A stretch of DNA of 64,000 nucleotides, taken from positions 7,068,001-7,132,000 of the forward strand of contig OZ234494.1 in the NCBI GenBank assembly GCA_965153455.1, given 5' to 3'. The notes under the pieces were generated by a model. It saw only the letters and a list, made by a program, of their open reading frames with translations, was not told where the DNA came from and searched no databases. Numbering within the stretch: position 1 is the first letter of the stretch; each line of letters begins with the position of its first letter. This document shows positions 38,301 to 53,000 of the stretch, piece after piece. The stretch comes from Sphagnum compactum (Eukaryota). The position numbers and the translations under genes are program-made.

Positions 38301-41300
38301 TTACCAAAATGATTTTTAAATGTAAAAATAATACTTATAAAAGTTCAATTAATTGAACTTGAATTTTTTTTAATTACAAAAATGACTTTAAAAGCATCCA
38401 TATAACAATGAGTGACTTTTTTTTCCTTCAACATTTTATATATCAACAATTTCATCCTATTCAAATGACCTTTCAAATTTTTTTAACTCTTCCTCTAAAT
38501 CTAGGTCGCTTTCAATTAACTCTAACAAATTGGAAGATGGCTTCCAACTCACTCTAGAATCATTTGGCCAATTTTTATTTACAAAAATTAATTTTTATAA
38601 ATTGTCTAATTATAAATGACATTTTCTTAAATTTGTGAATAAGCTTGCTTAAAAATATATATAGTCTCCATTTGTGATCCTACAATGCCTAAGGTTTGAC
38701 AAGCCAAAAAACTAATAATAAGAAACATGGTTTCATACTTTCCCCACCATTGATTGCAAAGGACATTTGATTTCTTACAAGTGTAGAAGGAACAAAATGC
38801 TTGAAAAATAAAACCTACACACAACAAACAATGACATGATTAATGTTTTTTTTTAAACCACAAACATGAAAAGATAAAGAAAAAAAGAAAGAAACACAAA
38901 AAATATATATATACAAAATTTTTTTAAAAAATGTAAAAGAAAATAAACAAAAGAAAATATTTTAATTAAACAAAACAAGAAATAAATTATAAAGGAAAAA
39001 TATGAAAAAAACCAAAACCAAAACGAAAAAAATGAAAAAATAACAATGCTTAAAAAATAGAAACAACAAGAAAAACAAAACACAAAAAAACAAAAATAAA
39101 AAAACATTGATGGAATATAAACAAAGGAAAAAAAAGAAAACAAACAAAAAAACAAAGACAAATAAAATAGGACATACTTATTGAACATGGGGAAAGAAGT
39201 CCATTGTAATGGAAAATACTCTTCGCAAATTTGCATAGAGCAAAATTAGGGGGAAGATATTGATCTGAAAATGTGAACAACATCACAATAATACAATAAC
39301 ATGCAATGACCAATTATTAAAAAAATGTAAAATGATAGTTTACATAAAGAAGCATGTCGTGAAAAGGAAATTTGTATTCCCACAATGGTTCTAAAGTTTG
39401 TGTCATTTTTCCTTCAAACCCTAATTATTTTTAAAAAGCTTTAACCTTACCTTCTACCTCTCATCTTGTTATTATTAAATATATAATATCTTGACCCTAA
39501 TACTTATTAATACTTTGACAGGGTATAAAAATACCAACTAACTGATTTTCAAGTTACCAGTTCTTAATCCAATAGCAGGGTTTCAAAGAGAGTATCGACA
39601 TAAGTGATACTTGGAAATATTCAAAGTGAGAATCCGTTTCAAAACTCATTTGGTTCTCACCTTTTTTTTCATACCCACCCAACACTAATATTTACAAATG
39701 TTTGCGTGGATTCAATCAAACGGTTCAAGTACTTTAAGTCATCAAGTTTGTCACCAATAAAAACAACAAATAAATAAATATTAGAAAGTGAGAAAAATTA
39801 GCCCATGATTTTAAAATAATACTTTAAAAAATGGGAGAAGTGAACTAAATAATCTATGAAAACTTAGATCAATTTTTATAAAAAAATTGTAATTGAATGA
39901 CACAAGTTTTCACCATGGTACTTTAATTCACCCAAAGTGTGCAACTATGTCATCAAGTTTGCCATCGACAAAAACAATGAGAAAGAAAAGAGTAAAACAT
40001 TAGAAAAGAAGAGAAGCAACCGAACTTTTCTTCCTATGAGAAAATTGTGTCCCTAGAGACCACACTAATTTACAACTACACATACATCCATACCAATTAT
40101 GTTACAACTAGGTTGCAACATTGGAAATGACTAGTTGCACATGAATTTTAGGGAATTTTCAAGGGTATGGAATATTTAAAATGTAATTTGATCAATTATA
40201 CAATTTTGGTCAATGTGCACTGACTTTGTGTTTTAGTTGATGTATAGTTGTAATATGCAACTCATTGACCGAAATGCAATGATGTAAATTGCATGGTCCT
40301 TTCCCATACGAACGCATCCAATGTGACAAATGCCAATTGGCATGAACATTGCCATTCCATGTGCATGGTCTTTATGATAACCCCATGTGCAATTGCCTTG
40401 CAACTTCAATGGGACTACATTGTACTTAAATAAGAAATTTAATTTCTAAATGACCAATTTTTGACTCACACCATCAAATAGCATGGCTACAATCCTTGAT
40501 TCCAACATGATTAAATGCCAACTATAATACATCAATGTTTCATCCAAAAGCCACCTACATAATAGCTTGGTAGCACAATCAAATTTAGACATGAATGTAA
40601 ATTGTCAATGTACTTAAAGTACATAATACATAGTCTAAAATGCCCTTAATCTACAACTCTACCTCAATGTCTTCTATTCCTCTTCGAATTGCTTCATCCA
40701 TAAAAATTGATTCCTTTGTTAATAATTCATTAACCAATGCAAGATTTAGGCTTTGGGGTTTGTGTGACATTGTCAAAAAGTGCATCATCAACCATGCAAA
40801 ATTGCCATATCATCGATGTGGTCTTTGTAATGACCCCATGTGTAACTATTTTACAACTATAACGGAATTAAATTACAATTAAAAATAATTTTTTTTGTGA
40901 TTGAGTTTTATTTTTCAATTTGATTTCAAAGAAATTATAAGTTGAACATCATCCTAAGGATTTATCTATTTCTATTTACTCTAAAACCTTTCGTAACTTT
41001 GAAAATGTCAATATAATTACAAGTGGATGAATCCTAACATGCAATGGAGTTTGAAATTTGTACCATTACAAGTTTATAAGCTTTCACAGAAACCTTCCAT
41101 GAAAAAAGCTTCCACCATAACCTTTTATGAGAAGCTTCCATGTTAGAAGTTTCCATATATTGCATCAAAAAAAATTTGAAGTTCTTTTTTTTCTTTTCAA
41201 TGAAATAGATGTTGAAATTGTAATGGAAGAACACATTTATCTACTTTGATTCTTTGGATCCTAGTTTTTTGTTGCCTCTTAATTTGCTCTTATATTTCCT

Positions 41301-44300
41301 TGTGAAAAAAAATTATCAACCTCCAAAACATTAGAGTCTTAGATGAGAGGGAATGTTGTTGCCAATTTTAGAAGTACAATACATGTGGTGTCCATTGTTG
41401 ACAAACAAGTAAAAGCCTAAAGGACGATTGAAATATTTGTCATTAACCACAATTATTAACAAATTGTAGTGTAAAAATATTATTTATGTAAAAGATCATT
41501 ATTTTCTTTTTCTTTTCTTAGGTTTTGCTATCATTATTATTATTTTCTTGCTATTGTTATATGTGGGATGCTTGATAAACTAGTATGCATCCTTTTAAAG
41601 GTTGGTTCATTTATAATGTAATTCATTAAGAAATGATTAAAAGTTAACATAATGTTGAATTTGTGTGGATGCAAGAGAAGTAATGGTCACTAATTGGTAG
41701 ACATGGCCCTTAATGAATTGTTCGACTTGAATGTGGTGAGTAATCTCATTACTTGCCATTTATTTTCATTTAGTCTCTACATGCTAAGTTTCATTGTTTT
41801 GCACAAAAGGTACGTAAGTTGCACAGTGGGGAAGTTAGTTGGTTTTTAGTTGATTTGTAGTTGCATATAAATATAAACATTGCAAATTGTGAGATACATA
41901 ATGTGATGAAACTATAATTATGGCATGTAATTCATGTTGGCACCCATTTGTGATGTGTTAATTAAATATTACTTACACCAGAACATGTGTGAATTGAGTC
42001 TTTATTAATTAATACAAGTGACCAATTCCATATTTGTGTCAATTCTAATTTAGTCACATTTGTTCATGGCAATGCAATTTCAGAAAATTAATGGGCAAAT
42101 AGGTGGGTGCAAGTTTCATGTGCAATAGGATGGGGGCAATGGAAACTTGACATGACATGACATTTTTGGGCATTAAGATGACAGTTTGGTGTACATCATT
42201 AGTGATGATGTTAATTATAAGATAGTTAGAATGTAATTTGTGTTATTTGCAACATGGATCATTTGCTTGCAACTATGTTGTAAACATGTTTCTCAACCAT
42301 TTTTGTTAGTTGCAAGTTAGCACTCCATTCTTTAGTTGTAAACCAACGCCATGTAATGAATTCCAACAATCACAATGAAAAATGTGTTAAATGAAATCAA
42401 TTGCACCTTAGTATTAAGCACATTGAATTGACAATTGTAATGTGATGACATTGCTACCCCTTATAGTCACAAAATCAAATGTAAATATTCATTTAATTAA
42501 ATAAAACCACTAGAAAAGAACTCACATAATGGCAAGCTAGTGGCATTATTACCAATTTTTGCACAATTATATCTCAAATCCTTTATAATTGCACAGAAAA
42601 ACATGATTGTCATAATATAGTCCCACATGCGAGGCCTTCCAAGGTCACGAAACGATACCTTACACCACTATTAGTAGTTACATGATAGTATTCAATCAAT
42701 TGTCATGTGATTGTTTTAAATCCAATACCCAAACTTTTAGTTGCAAGACAATATCTAATTATGAAAATGTAGTTATGGAAAAAAAAAACTATAAAACAAA
42801 CATGTTAATTACCAATGAATTGCTAATGAACTGCCTTTTAGTTGCCAAAATCCCTACATAAATTGCAAGGTAGTTCCATTTTAGGTGAATATTTTCATCC
42901 ATGTTGGATGAATGAAAATGGGCAAACTTCCCGTCTACCACAATTTTTGTTTTCTTGCTTAACACATGGTAATAAATTGTCCACTCTGATGTTATAGTTG
43001 CAAAATAGTTGCACATATTTTGGTCACTATATATGCTAACCATATATGATGAATTGCACCATTGCAACTAATGCAACTTGTCCATGCAACTAACATTGTA
43101 TTCTGATAATGAGTTGCACATAGTCATTGCAACTAGAAAATGCAATTGCACACCCAATTGCAAAACCCCCATTTTTTTCATAATGTCTAAATAAAATAAA
43201 AACAAAAGATAAGTACCAAGTTTTCTTAGTAGTAGTTGTTGATGTTGTTAATACTTGAAGATATTTATTGTTGTTCATGTTCCTCATGTTGTTGTCGCCA
43301 TTTCAACTAATTTGGTAGTTACATGTGATAAATGATGATGATGATGAGGAGGAGATGGAAGATTTAGAACCTTTCCTAAATTCACCATTTCCTACAAAAC
43401 ATGATTTGTAATAACATATCCATCAGTTATAACATGTGATCTAGAGGGTGGGGATGATCCATTGGTGCCAAAGTAATCATGGGTATTACTAAAATAATGT
43501 TGACAAATTGGTGAGGAAAATCACAAACCTTTCAAACCCCATGTAATAACAACATTTGGCAATGACCAAAGACACTAAGACAAACAAGGTGTCAACAAAC
43601 ACAAAGAAGCCAATGACACCATTGTCGAAACTAGCAACAATATGAGCTTTCAACAACTTCGGATTTGTTCATAATTATCTTGTTCAAGGAACATGAAGAA
43701 TGGGTTTTCCATGAGCTGATAATTGATGATCATTTAACCTTAAATTTTTGTTGTGGTCAAAAACAAAGATACTAGATTAGGGTTTATGGCTACTTTGTTA
43801 TGGTTTTCAAATTAGGGTTTTTTGGCTTTCAAATGAAAAATTGGATTCATTTGTATGGTTTAGGGTTGTGTATTTCTATAGGTGCATTTGGGTTTTCTTA
43901 TCAAACTTTGTATTGAACTTATAATCTTAAATTGTAACCTTTAATTTAAATTGTGATCCCCACCATAGGCCTTTGGCTAGTTTGCAAGCCCTTCCTTAGT
44001 CTTGGGCTAATATGTGACCTTTCGATGATGTAAAATCTTCACCTTGGTCTATTTTGGTTTTTTCCCTTTTGAAGGTGTAGGACCCTGCTTTGGGGGTTTT
44101 TTTTTTTAACGGGGCCTCTCATTCAATGCGACATTTCGTGCTCTAGCTATGGAGCCTTGCTTTTGCAATGTAGTATGGCTAATCAATAAAGGCATTATTA
44201 AGCATTTCAAGTTATTTCCTTGCTTAGTGAACAACATCCCTTTAATTATTTTCTAGCCCCTTTTTCCTTTGCCTTCAATTAAAGCTTGGGTTTTGGCTTT

Positions 44301-44599
44301 AGACCCCCTTGGAATTTTCCATTTGGATTTTCCTCGTCCTTGTTTGTATGCATGCATCTCATCAGCTTTGAGGTGAAAGGTACATTTATCTTTTGAGTTC
44401 CCTTTGATTGTTTGGCTCATGACCCATTTAATGTGGCTTCTTGGCATCTATTATTGATATTCCTGCAATGGTGTCTTTTCTTCCCCCTTCATGGTGGTGC
44501 AATTGATCATAGGGAGATTAGGACATGCCTATGACTATAATTAATGCACATTTGGGAGGAGATTCAAATGGAACATGTTCTTTGGGTGCAAGCACTTGC

Positions 44600-46995
44600 A
44601 ATGGCTCTCTTTCCCCATTTTGATCCCCGTTGGTAGACACCCTTTCTCTAGGTGTTTTTTTGCTTTTAGTCTCGCCCCCAATCATGTTGGTTTGGAGGGA
44701 TTTTGTTTTAGGATGTGTTAGGGAATATGGTCGTGTTGCTAAGGTTCTTGCCCCCCTTACCCTAGCCCTAGCCTCTTGTTAAGATTTTGCAAATGTTTCA
44801 CCTTTTGAATTTGTCTTTTCCTTGCTTGGACTCCTTGTTGGATTTTCAACTCAACTCAAATTTGGAGTTTTCCTTGGATTCCTTTAAGTAACTTCCATTC
44901 AATCATTGCATCTTTTAGCTGGTGGTCTTTTGGGTATGGTTTTCAAGCATTTTCAAGACCTTTTTGACTTCGAGGATCAACAAATGGTTTCACACAACTT
45001 TTACGAGTTAGGTCCCATGTTGCAGAAGGTCATATCATAGGGTTTAGTGTTTGAGCTTTTGGTGATGCCATGCTTTTGGCTTTGGTTAAACCTTTCAGAG
45101 GCATTCAACTAATTACAATGGGTGAAGTCCTATATTAGTTGGTGAATAAACATTTATGGAATCATGTATGAGTATGCCTAGGTTAGAGTTGTAGCTAATG
45201 AAGTGAGGGAAGAAGGGCTTGTGGAGAGAAAGGGGATTGTTGTCTACAACAGACAAGAAAAAAGGATTATAATCAAGAAATCAAAGAAGATAGTGGTTAG
45301 AAGAAGAAGTAGGGTTGCTATCTGTAGCAGATAGGAGAAGGAAAACATAACTAAGAAACAAGGAGGATAATTTCTAGAAGAAGAAGGTCCTATTTATATT
45401 TGGTTAAAATAAAATTAATGGTTTAGGAAATGATGTTTGGATGGGACTCACTTGGAATTAGTTGGGAACATATTAAAACAGAAACGAGGGGCAAGGGAAT
45501 AAAATTTGAGTAATAAGTTGTGACTCCCTCCTTTGATCATCTCCAAGGGGGTAAGGGGGAGTGAGCTAGGTTAAGGTGTTAATGATGCGCTAATTTTGTG
45601 CTTAATAGGTTCTTTGGATCGCCCATGTCCTCTTTTATTTTTTTCCCCATTTTTCGTGGGGGGGATCAACATCATTTCCATAGAGCTCATTGCACTAGTG
45701 GCTTATTTGGGGAATTAGTCATTTGTTGCACCTATAATTGTTGTTAGGTTTATATCAAATCATCATTCGTTTTTTTATTGGAGGTGATAAATGTTAATAG
45801 TTTTGGTCTTCTCCCCTTCTAGGCCCACTTGAAGTCAATGTGAGAATTCATTCACTCGGATATGGTGGCTTGCATTCCTCCTTTCATGTAGTTGTAAAGA
45901 GGGGATCATATCGGCTTCAAGAAAGCATTTCAAAGAGAGTGCATGACCATTCTTTATTTAACATCATTTCTAACATGGATTTTGATTTGCATTACGCATG
46001 TTTGAAGTCCTACATGGGCTTGGGGCGGGTGTATGGCTTTTTGTTCGTTTGATCAATCCATATTTCCATTTGGCCTTCAATGTTTTTTCCTTTACATTAC
46101 ACACCAGGTTGGGCTTCCCCCGTTCATTAGATTTTAAATTGATTCATTGCATTTGTGGCCAACCCTTAGATTTAGTAGGCACCCACCTCCTTCATTGCTT
46201 TGATGGTGGGGAACAAACTACATCCCATGATGCCATTCCAAATGCTGTCGCCTCCATCACAAACGATGTGTGGTTTTATATTTTGTGTGAGCAAAATTCA
46301 TGTCTTTTCACCACCATCCCTTTAGTCATCATGAACGATGTGAGGTTTCATATTTTGTGTGAGCAAATTCATGTCTTTTCACCACCTTCCCTTTAGTCTT
46401 TTTGTTGGTGGGTTGACACTGTGTTATTGATTGATGGTGGCATTTGTACCTTGGTCGATGTGATCAGTGTTGATTCCACCTAAACGTATTTGGTTTCACA
46501 TGTTGTTCCATCTCATGATGTGATCATGATGATGACGATTCAAGGTAATAAATTTTTTAATCACAATTGGCATTTGACGGATGCGTTTTTTCCCCTTGCC
46601 ATAAAGGTGGTGCTTACACCAACAAGTGGATGACTTTCTTCATCAATGTGCTAACATGGCGTGATCAACAAAGGACATCAATGGCCCTCCTCTAGCGTTT
46701 CTACGTGTCTTCTATAGGTAGAGAGTGTCGATAGCCTTGTAAATAGTGCATGCCATTTCTAATTTGAAGTGTGTTGTCATTGTTGATGAGGGTTTTTCTA
46801 GGCTTACTCCTCATTCAAGTTTCCTTCCCTTTCATTTTTTATTGGCTTCTTGCAATTAGTGGGGGGATTGGTGGGGTTTTGGAACATAATTTGCCCCTTT
46901 ATGACCCACTTTGGGTTTTGCTCTTCCTGGTTCTGACTTGGTTCCTTTCTCTTTGTTCTTCTTTTCTCCACTTTACTGGGTGCTTTGGTCAGTGG
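44600..46995 (+). mobile_element. Degenerate CRE/NeSL-like non-LTR retrotransposon (RT plus restriction-like endonuclease)
   Basis: LLALVKPFRGIQLITMGEVLY (RT N-terminal motif), CICGQPLDLVGTHLLHC (zinc knuckle), HDAI, 'VD...TLVDV', FFPLAI and RVSIAL motifs. Many stops; RT core deleted or replaced at ~45160-45670; ~65-bp internal duplication 46262-46397. Confidence 0.65.
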
Positions 46996-47170
46996 TGCTT
47001 GCCAGGGTTTCACAAAACAAAAGCTTCTTTTCGAAAGATAGAATGGCCAAAGTTTGCCAGATTTAGAGATCCATTTTTTCCAAATCACTAGATCATTATG
47101 ATAAGTTCATGTAGGTAGCCAAGAATATGGAAGTCTCCTTTTTAAAAAAAAAATTTCAAATCTGGTATAC

Positions 47171-47550
47171 AGCCAAATTTGGCTAGTCTTTTCCTGGATG
47201 ACTGGCACTTTGGCTACATCACAAAATTAGAAAAAATAACCCAAATAAGGACACTGGAGAGAAGCTGGCGAGACTGCCTGCCAGGTATCTATGTGGAAAC
47301 TAGCGTTTCAAAAAAAATTGTGCCGAATTTTCTTTCCCAAATAAAATTTCTGTCGTGAAATATTCCCTTTAAGAAAAAAGGACCCAAAATCCAGAATATT
47401 TCTAAAATTTCTCCATGTTTCTGCACATTGTTCAAGCAGTAGCCAGGATATAGGAGTTTAACAAATTTTCTACTTTCATAGCTGGTCTAAAGCCAAAAGT
47501 GGCTAAATCTCTTGGTGGATGATCGCCAGTGCGGCAACATCACAAAATTG
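47171..47550 (+). repeat. Dispersed high-copy repeat (gccaaatttggctaaat...ggatgatcgccac...acatcacaaaa)
   Basis: Copies at 47171-47230, 47491-47550, 54651-54710, ~62754-62805, a partial copy at 10323-10358 and a related reversed copy at ~36995-37140. Confidence 0.75.
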
Positions 47551-50099
47551 GAGATTAAAAAAATTAAAAAATTGGTATCACTGGAGACATGATTCAATTA
47601 CAAATGGGCAACTGACCATGTCCATGGAAACATTGATTATGGGGATAATAATGATAAGCATTTAATGGAAAAAGCGCATTGTGAACAGGGCTATTCCTTC
47701 AGAGAGTGCCACTAGCTACTGCGTACGTAACGAACAAAGTCAGGGTTATGGATTTGCCCATTTGGCCTGGGGGCCACTGACGCCTCTACGCACGCACGCA
47801 CGCACGCACGCACACACACGGCGGCGCACATATTAGATTTCGCTGATTTCGAGGAGGGTAACAAAGTACCTACGCGCACAACAACAAATCTATGAAATCG
47901 GCCGGATGTGAACTTAAGGAACGCCTTCTTACGTCAGAGAGGATGTCTTTACTTTTTTTCCCGCCACTGTAAGTTTCGACGTCTGTGTGTTCGGAGTAAA
48001 CAATAGTTTCAAAAACTTGTAGAGATTCGGACAACTGTGAGACGCTTTCGACGTCGGAAAACTTGGTATGTTTTTTTAATGTTTCTTTCTTGTTGGTGTC
48101 CAGTGGTGCAGCTTCTGAGAAATAAAGGTTCAGGGTTTAGGATTTTGCTATGTTTTCCCTTTAGTGGTGTCCACTGTTGCAGCTTCTCGGGATTGAAGGT
48201 TTAGGGTATAGGGTTTTGGTATGTTTATGCATTGGCCTTTTGGTGGTGTCCAGTGGTGTAGCTTCTGAGGATTGGGATTTACTGTGGTGCAAAGGAGTTG
48301 CTAGGCTGATCATGTATTTAGGACATCCACTGGTCTTGGCATCATCTCAAGCTATGCTACTGATGTTTTAACACCTCGGTGCAAAGGAGTTTGGGGTTTT
48401 CTATTTAATTTTCACCCAGAAATCTAAACCTGGGCTTCTCAAAAGCAGAAGAGAAGTAATTTGGTAGACATTTTTTTTCCCTGTTCTCACTCCACATGCC
48501 AGCAGAATGTGACCATAATTTGGAACTTGACACTAGAGTTCAGAAGAGATACCTATCACAGAGATCAAAATAGACAGTGAAGTTATGACATTTCACGCAT
48601 CAGAATACAACTCTTGCAAACAAAAAGAAAACCACTTTCTCTTGAATGAGACTTGAAAGTTGAAGAAGCAGCTTCAAATGTTTGTTTTGTCTTTCCATCT
48701 TCCATTTTGGTATATTATACTCCAACCAATCAGTCACTGCCAGCAGTACTCAGGAATGTTGAACTCTAACAGAACACTGTCCTATCCAACAGTGGGGAAA
48801 ACAACTCATCAAATGCAGAAAGAGAAGAGAGGAGAAGTGGGACCCCTGGAAACCCCACCAGTCTGGGTTGGAGTCTGGAGGCATCACTGACTAACTGATT
48901 GCAGGTTACTCCATTGCGATAAGACTCCAACTAAAAGACAAAAACAGACGCCAGAGTTACATCTATCATGGATTCTCTATTCACTGGCTAAATCATGATG
49001 GTGCTCTCTCTCCAGGTTGTTAGTCTGGTGTGGGGTGGGCTTCAATGATCACCTTTGCCTACTGACAGGCTGATACATTGTTCAGACACCACCACAATAA
49101 GTATACACACTACTTGCCTTCTTCATCATCAAACTAGCTCATCCAAACAGGAAATCATGGAAGAAAGAACTAGCCTTCAAAATGCAAGCTCCAAAACTTG
49201 ATGACAAAGTCCATGAACAAGCTTGGGCTGAGGCAACAGCTGTTTGGATCTCTGTCCAAATGAGGCACTCAGATTGTTGTACTATTAACTTGATGAACCA
49301 GGCTTTTGTTCAGTCATTAAGCCTGCTGTGACTACTCCCTCCATCAATGACTTAGTTAAAGACATTAGTCTCCAGAGCATGGAATCAACCATAGAAGTCA
49401 ATTGAAAAGGAAATGCCATTTAACGAGGGTGAAGGGTTTTTCCAAAGTACATATTTCACCATGTTTGCAGTCATTGTGGTCACCATTCCATCAATGTACC
49501 TGAATGTATAACAAGGGGCCCTTTTGCCAAATCTGCTACAGGCTACACAGTGCTGATGCCCTACACACCTGGTAGAATCTTTAGGACCTTAGAAATTTCT
49601 AACCAAACCAAGTAGTGAGTGGATCCAGGAATGCAGATAAACTTGCAACAGAAAGTTACATTCCTCTGTGACAACTTCAAGGTGAAGAAATCATTCATAG
49701 CATTTCAACTGATGCCATACCTGTATAAACAAAGTAATTCTCATCAGCTTGCTTTTAACTATTATGAGGGGGTTAGCCTCTCCATCCAATCTCACATGAT
49801 ACAGTGATGATAACCCCTCAGAGAAAGTGCATCCTCTATCTTCAAAGTCACAACATTGCACTTGTAGTATGTGCACTTTTACCCAGTCACACATTTAGCA
49901 TGGGAGTGTCCAAAGCTGCCACGTGGCATATGGATGGAATACCAATTGCATGGGCAGAAACTACATGCTAAGCACCATGCTTGCTGGATCCACCAAAGAT
50001 CCTTGAGATCACTATAGTGGATGATAATCCTCACAGAAGACTCGTGGATGGTCCTAGGGAACAGCTAATTCAAAGAACTGATGAATGCAAATTCAAACA

Positions 50100-53000
50100 T
50101 GAATAAAGGAGCAAACTGTTAAGGTTTTCACTTTACAGGAAAAACCATTACTGTGTCTGTGGGATCCTGGTTCTGCCAACTTACAGTACCAGCAGCAATG
50201 GGTCTGGGCTGAGAAGTACTGGTCTCAAAATCTTCATCCAAACTGTGTGAGCAAACCAACCAAAAGCATTGGTATTTGTGAATGCCCCCTGCCACACCTG
50301 CTATGTGAACAAATCAGGAGCATTTTGTAAAATTTTATTCCAGGCACTAGACAGGTGAAAAATATTTGCTTCTCAGCATTATCAGTGCAATTAACTAAGC
50401 ATTGACACACTAGCCACTACGTTGCATCAGGATTTAGGACAGAGCAATATGGAAAAGGCATAGATCTTTATGCATTGAGTGACAAGATCTGCACAGGATA
50501 GAAAAATGGCAGAACCTTAATTCAGGGATGAAGAGAGCAGGTGCCATTCTGAAGACTCGTCTTACCAAGTAGCCGAGTGTTTTGGGGGAGCACAGGCACC
50601 ACCAGAAGTGAAGTGAAAGGGAGAAGTGACTAAAACAAAACAGTCCATTGATTTTTGAGCCAGGCTAGCATAGTGACCCATGTGGGAGACAGGTGGGAAC
50701 CTTGCCCCATGTTGATCTATCTTTGAGCAGAGTGCTACTGAATGCTGGAAAATGTTTTCCTGCAAGATTGTACACTGTCTTTGAGACCAACATCTCTATT
50801 GCTACAAAATATGGCCAAACATTTTGCAGACAACTTACCAGAAAAAGGCCAACTCATCTTCTTTTGTGATTGTCCTCCCCCAAGATCTTTTTGTCATGTC
50901 GCTCCAGAAGATTGCAAGGTTTTGACAGAACAAATAAGATATGCAAATAACCCTGTTCTTGGTTGTAACCCTTACTCTTTCCAGTAGCTATGGCATCAAA
51001 AGGTCAACCTGCCCTCTTTGCTGGACTTCTCCTCAGCTCCACTCCCTAAAGTCACCAACCAAGACTACATTGACTTTCCCATGCCTGACAGTCATTGATA
51101 TTGAATGCAATTGCAAATAGGTCTGAAAGAAAATAAATCTCAAAGATGAGTTACTCTGCAAGGCCTATGTTGGCTACAGCTGGAGGTTGCAGTTCCTTTG
51201 GGATGTCTAAATCACAATCTCCAAAGCCATCAACACCATTCTCCTGGACATCACCATTTGAAACTTCTTGACCTGTTGGTGTGTCCGGACTAGTTAGTTC
51301 CCAAGGCTGGGGTGAAGAGTGAGAGAAATATCCAATCCTTTTAATAGATAAGGTGCTATGGGTAGCAAACATCCTCACTTTAAACCCAGTGGTGACATGG
51401 AAGGGACCTTTCGATAGAGAAGGAGACAAAAGGTTTCCTCTTCTTCACACCAAGATTTGCACCTGTCTTCATCAGCTCCACACCAGCATAGTAGGACTGC
51501 TACTCTTCAGGGTTGTCTCTGGCACAATTTACAGGGGGGTAACATAAGAAAAACAACATACTCCTTGCTCACTCTTCCAGTTCTACACAACCTGCATATA
51601 TCTTCTGTTGCACTCATGGTCTTCTGTAGGTTCAGAATCAAGAAGACAAAAGCAACACAGTTTACCCACAGTCTTATGTGTCATCAACAACACAGTTTAC
51701 CCACAATCCTATAAAGTTTGGAGTCAGAGGAGAGTTCCTGCCCAGCAGGACAAAACCCGTTGATCACAAATACATGAACCAGATTAAACCAGAATGGAAG
51801 GATAAGGGCCTAGAAAATCCAAGTCAGTACAAAATCAGTTGGAGAGTCAGACGAACAATTTTCTTGCCAGCTGGGTCATATACTCACTGATGTTGAAATG
51901 TAAGAATTGCTCTTTCAAAGGCTTCTTCTTACTGCTGGTGGATTATGGCTCCACTGAACTTTAAGTGCTTTATAACATGCAGCACAGAGTCAAGTTTGTC
52001 TTTGAGGAGCCAGAACCAGACATAAGAAATAGGCATGTAAAGAAGCCAACAGACTTATTCAGACAAATTTATACTTATCTATTCTCAATAAGATACCACA
52101 ACTGGTAATGCTCATCATATGCAGGATATCTCCACAAGAGCAACCATGGAGGCAACTATACCCATTGGACAGCCACACAGAATGAGATCTGAATCTTCAG
52201 TGATAATAAGATCAAAGTGACCATGGAGAGCAAAAAATACAATCCTTGCGTAGCTTTATATGGCACAATACCTGTCAAAGTGATGGTTACAGAATCAAGT
52301 CATGAGGAGTTCTTGAGGGAAGGGACAGATTAATCAGCAGGACAATGCCCTTTCACATGAGTGATGATTGACTGACCTCCATTTAAAAGCAGAGCACCAG
52401 TTGGTGACAAATGGGAAACAAACTCAGCTCCTGTCCAGCCACATGCAAGACTGACCACTCTGTCACCTTAATGAGTCTGAAAGCAATTGCAGGGGTGATA
52501 TCCACACCCTTTCAATAGCACTCATAGGCAGTTGCATGATCACCCCAGTGCTCATGCTCCAAAGCTTGTTGCAAGGTCTCCTTCCTCAACTTGTGTTCAC
52601 CACAAAAACAACTTGCAACATGCCACACCACTGTACTGCAATAAAGATGTGCCTCTCTATCGCATGAAAGATACTAGTGTTGCATCCAGGAATACTTTGA
52701 TGGCATCAATACCAGAACATTGTAGGATCATCTTCAAGGAAATTAAAGAGTCTAGCTGCGAGTCAACATCTAATCAAGCAGCTGGAAGCTCATAACAAAA
52801 TGCTAGCAATAGCATTAACACCTGGCATGCTTCACCTCTTCCTCCTCAGCTTTCATTGGCCGCACATCTGCATCTAATACAAGGAGGAGCACAACCCCAT
52901 GTTCGTGTAGCAAGTTGATTCTGTGTAAGCAGTAACCTATGTACCTGAACACATGAGACATAAAAGATTTGTAATACTGATAAGATTCCAACCACCAAGA

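Noticed and set aside
38853-39313. Phe-rich 'membrane protein' ORFs
   Set aside because: Artefact of an A-rich low-complexity tract.
40060-43200. Region rich in gttgcaac/caacta motifs, a probable old DNA transposon
   Set aside because: Could not define TIRs, a TSD or coding motifs.
45158-45672. Possible solo LTR (TG...CA) inside the CRE-like element
   Set aside because: No TSD and only a poor terminal inverted repeat.
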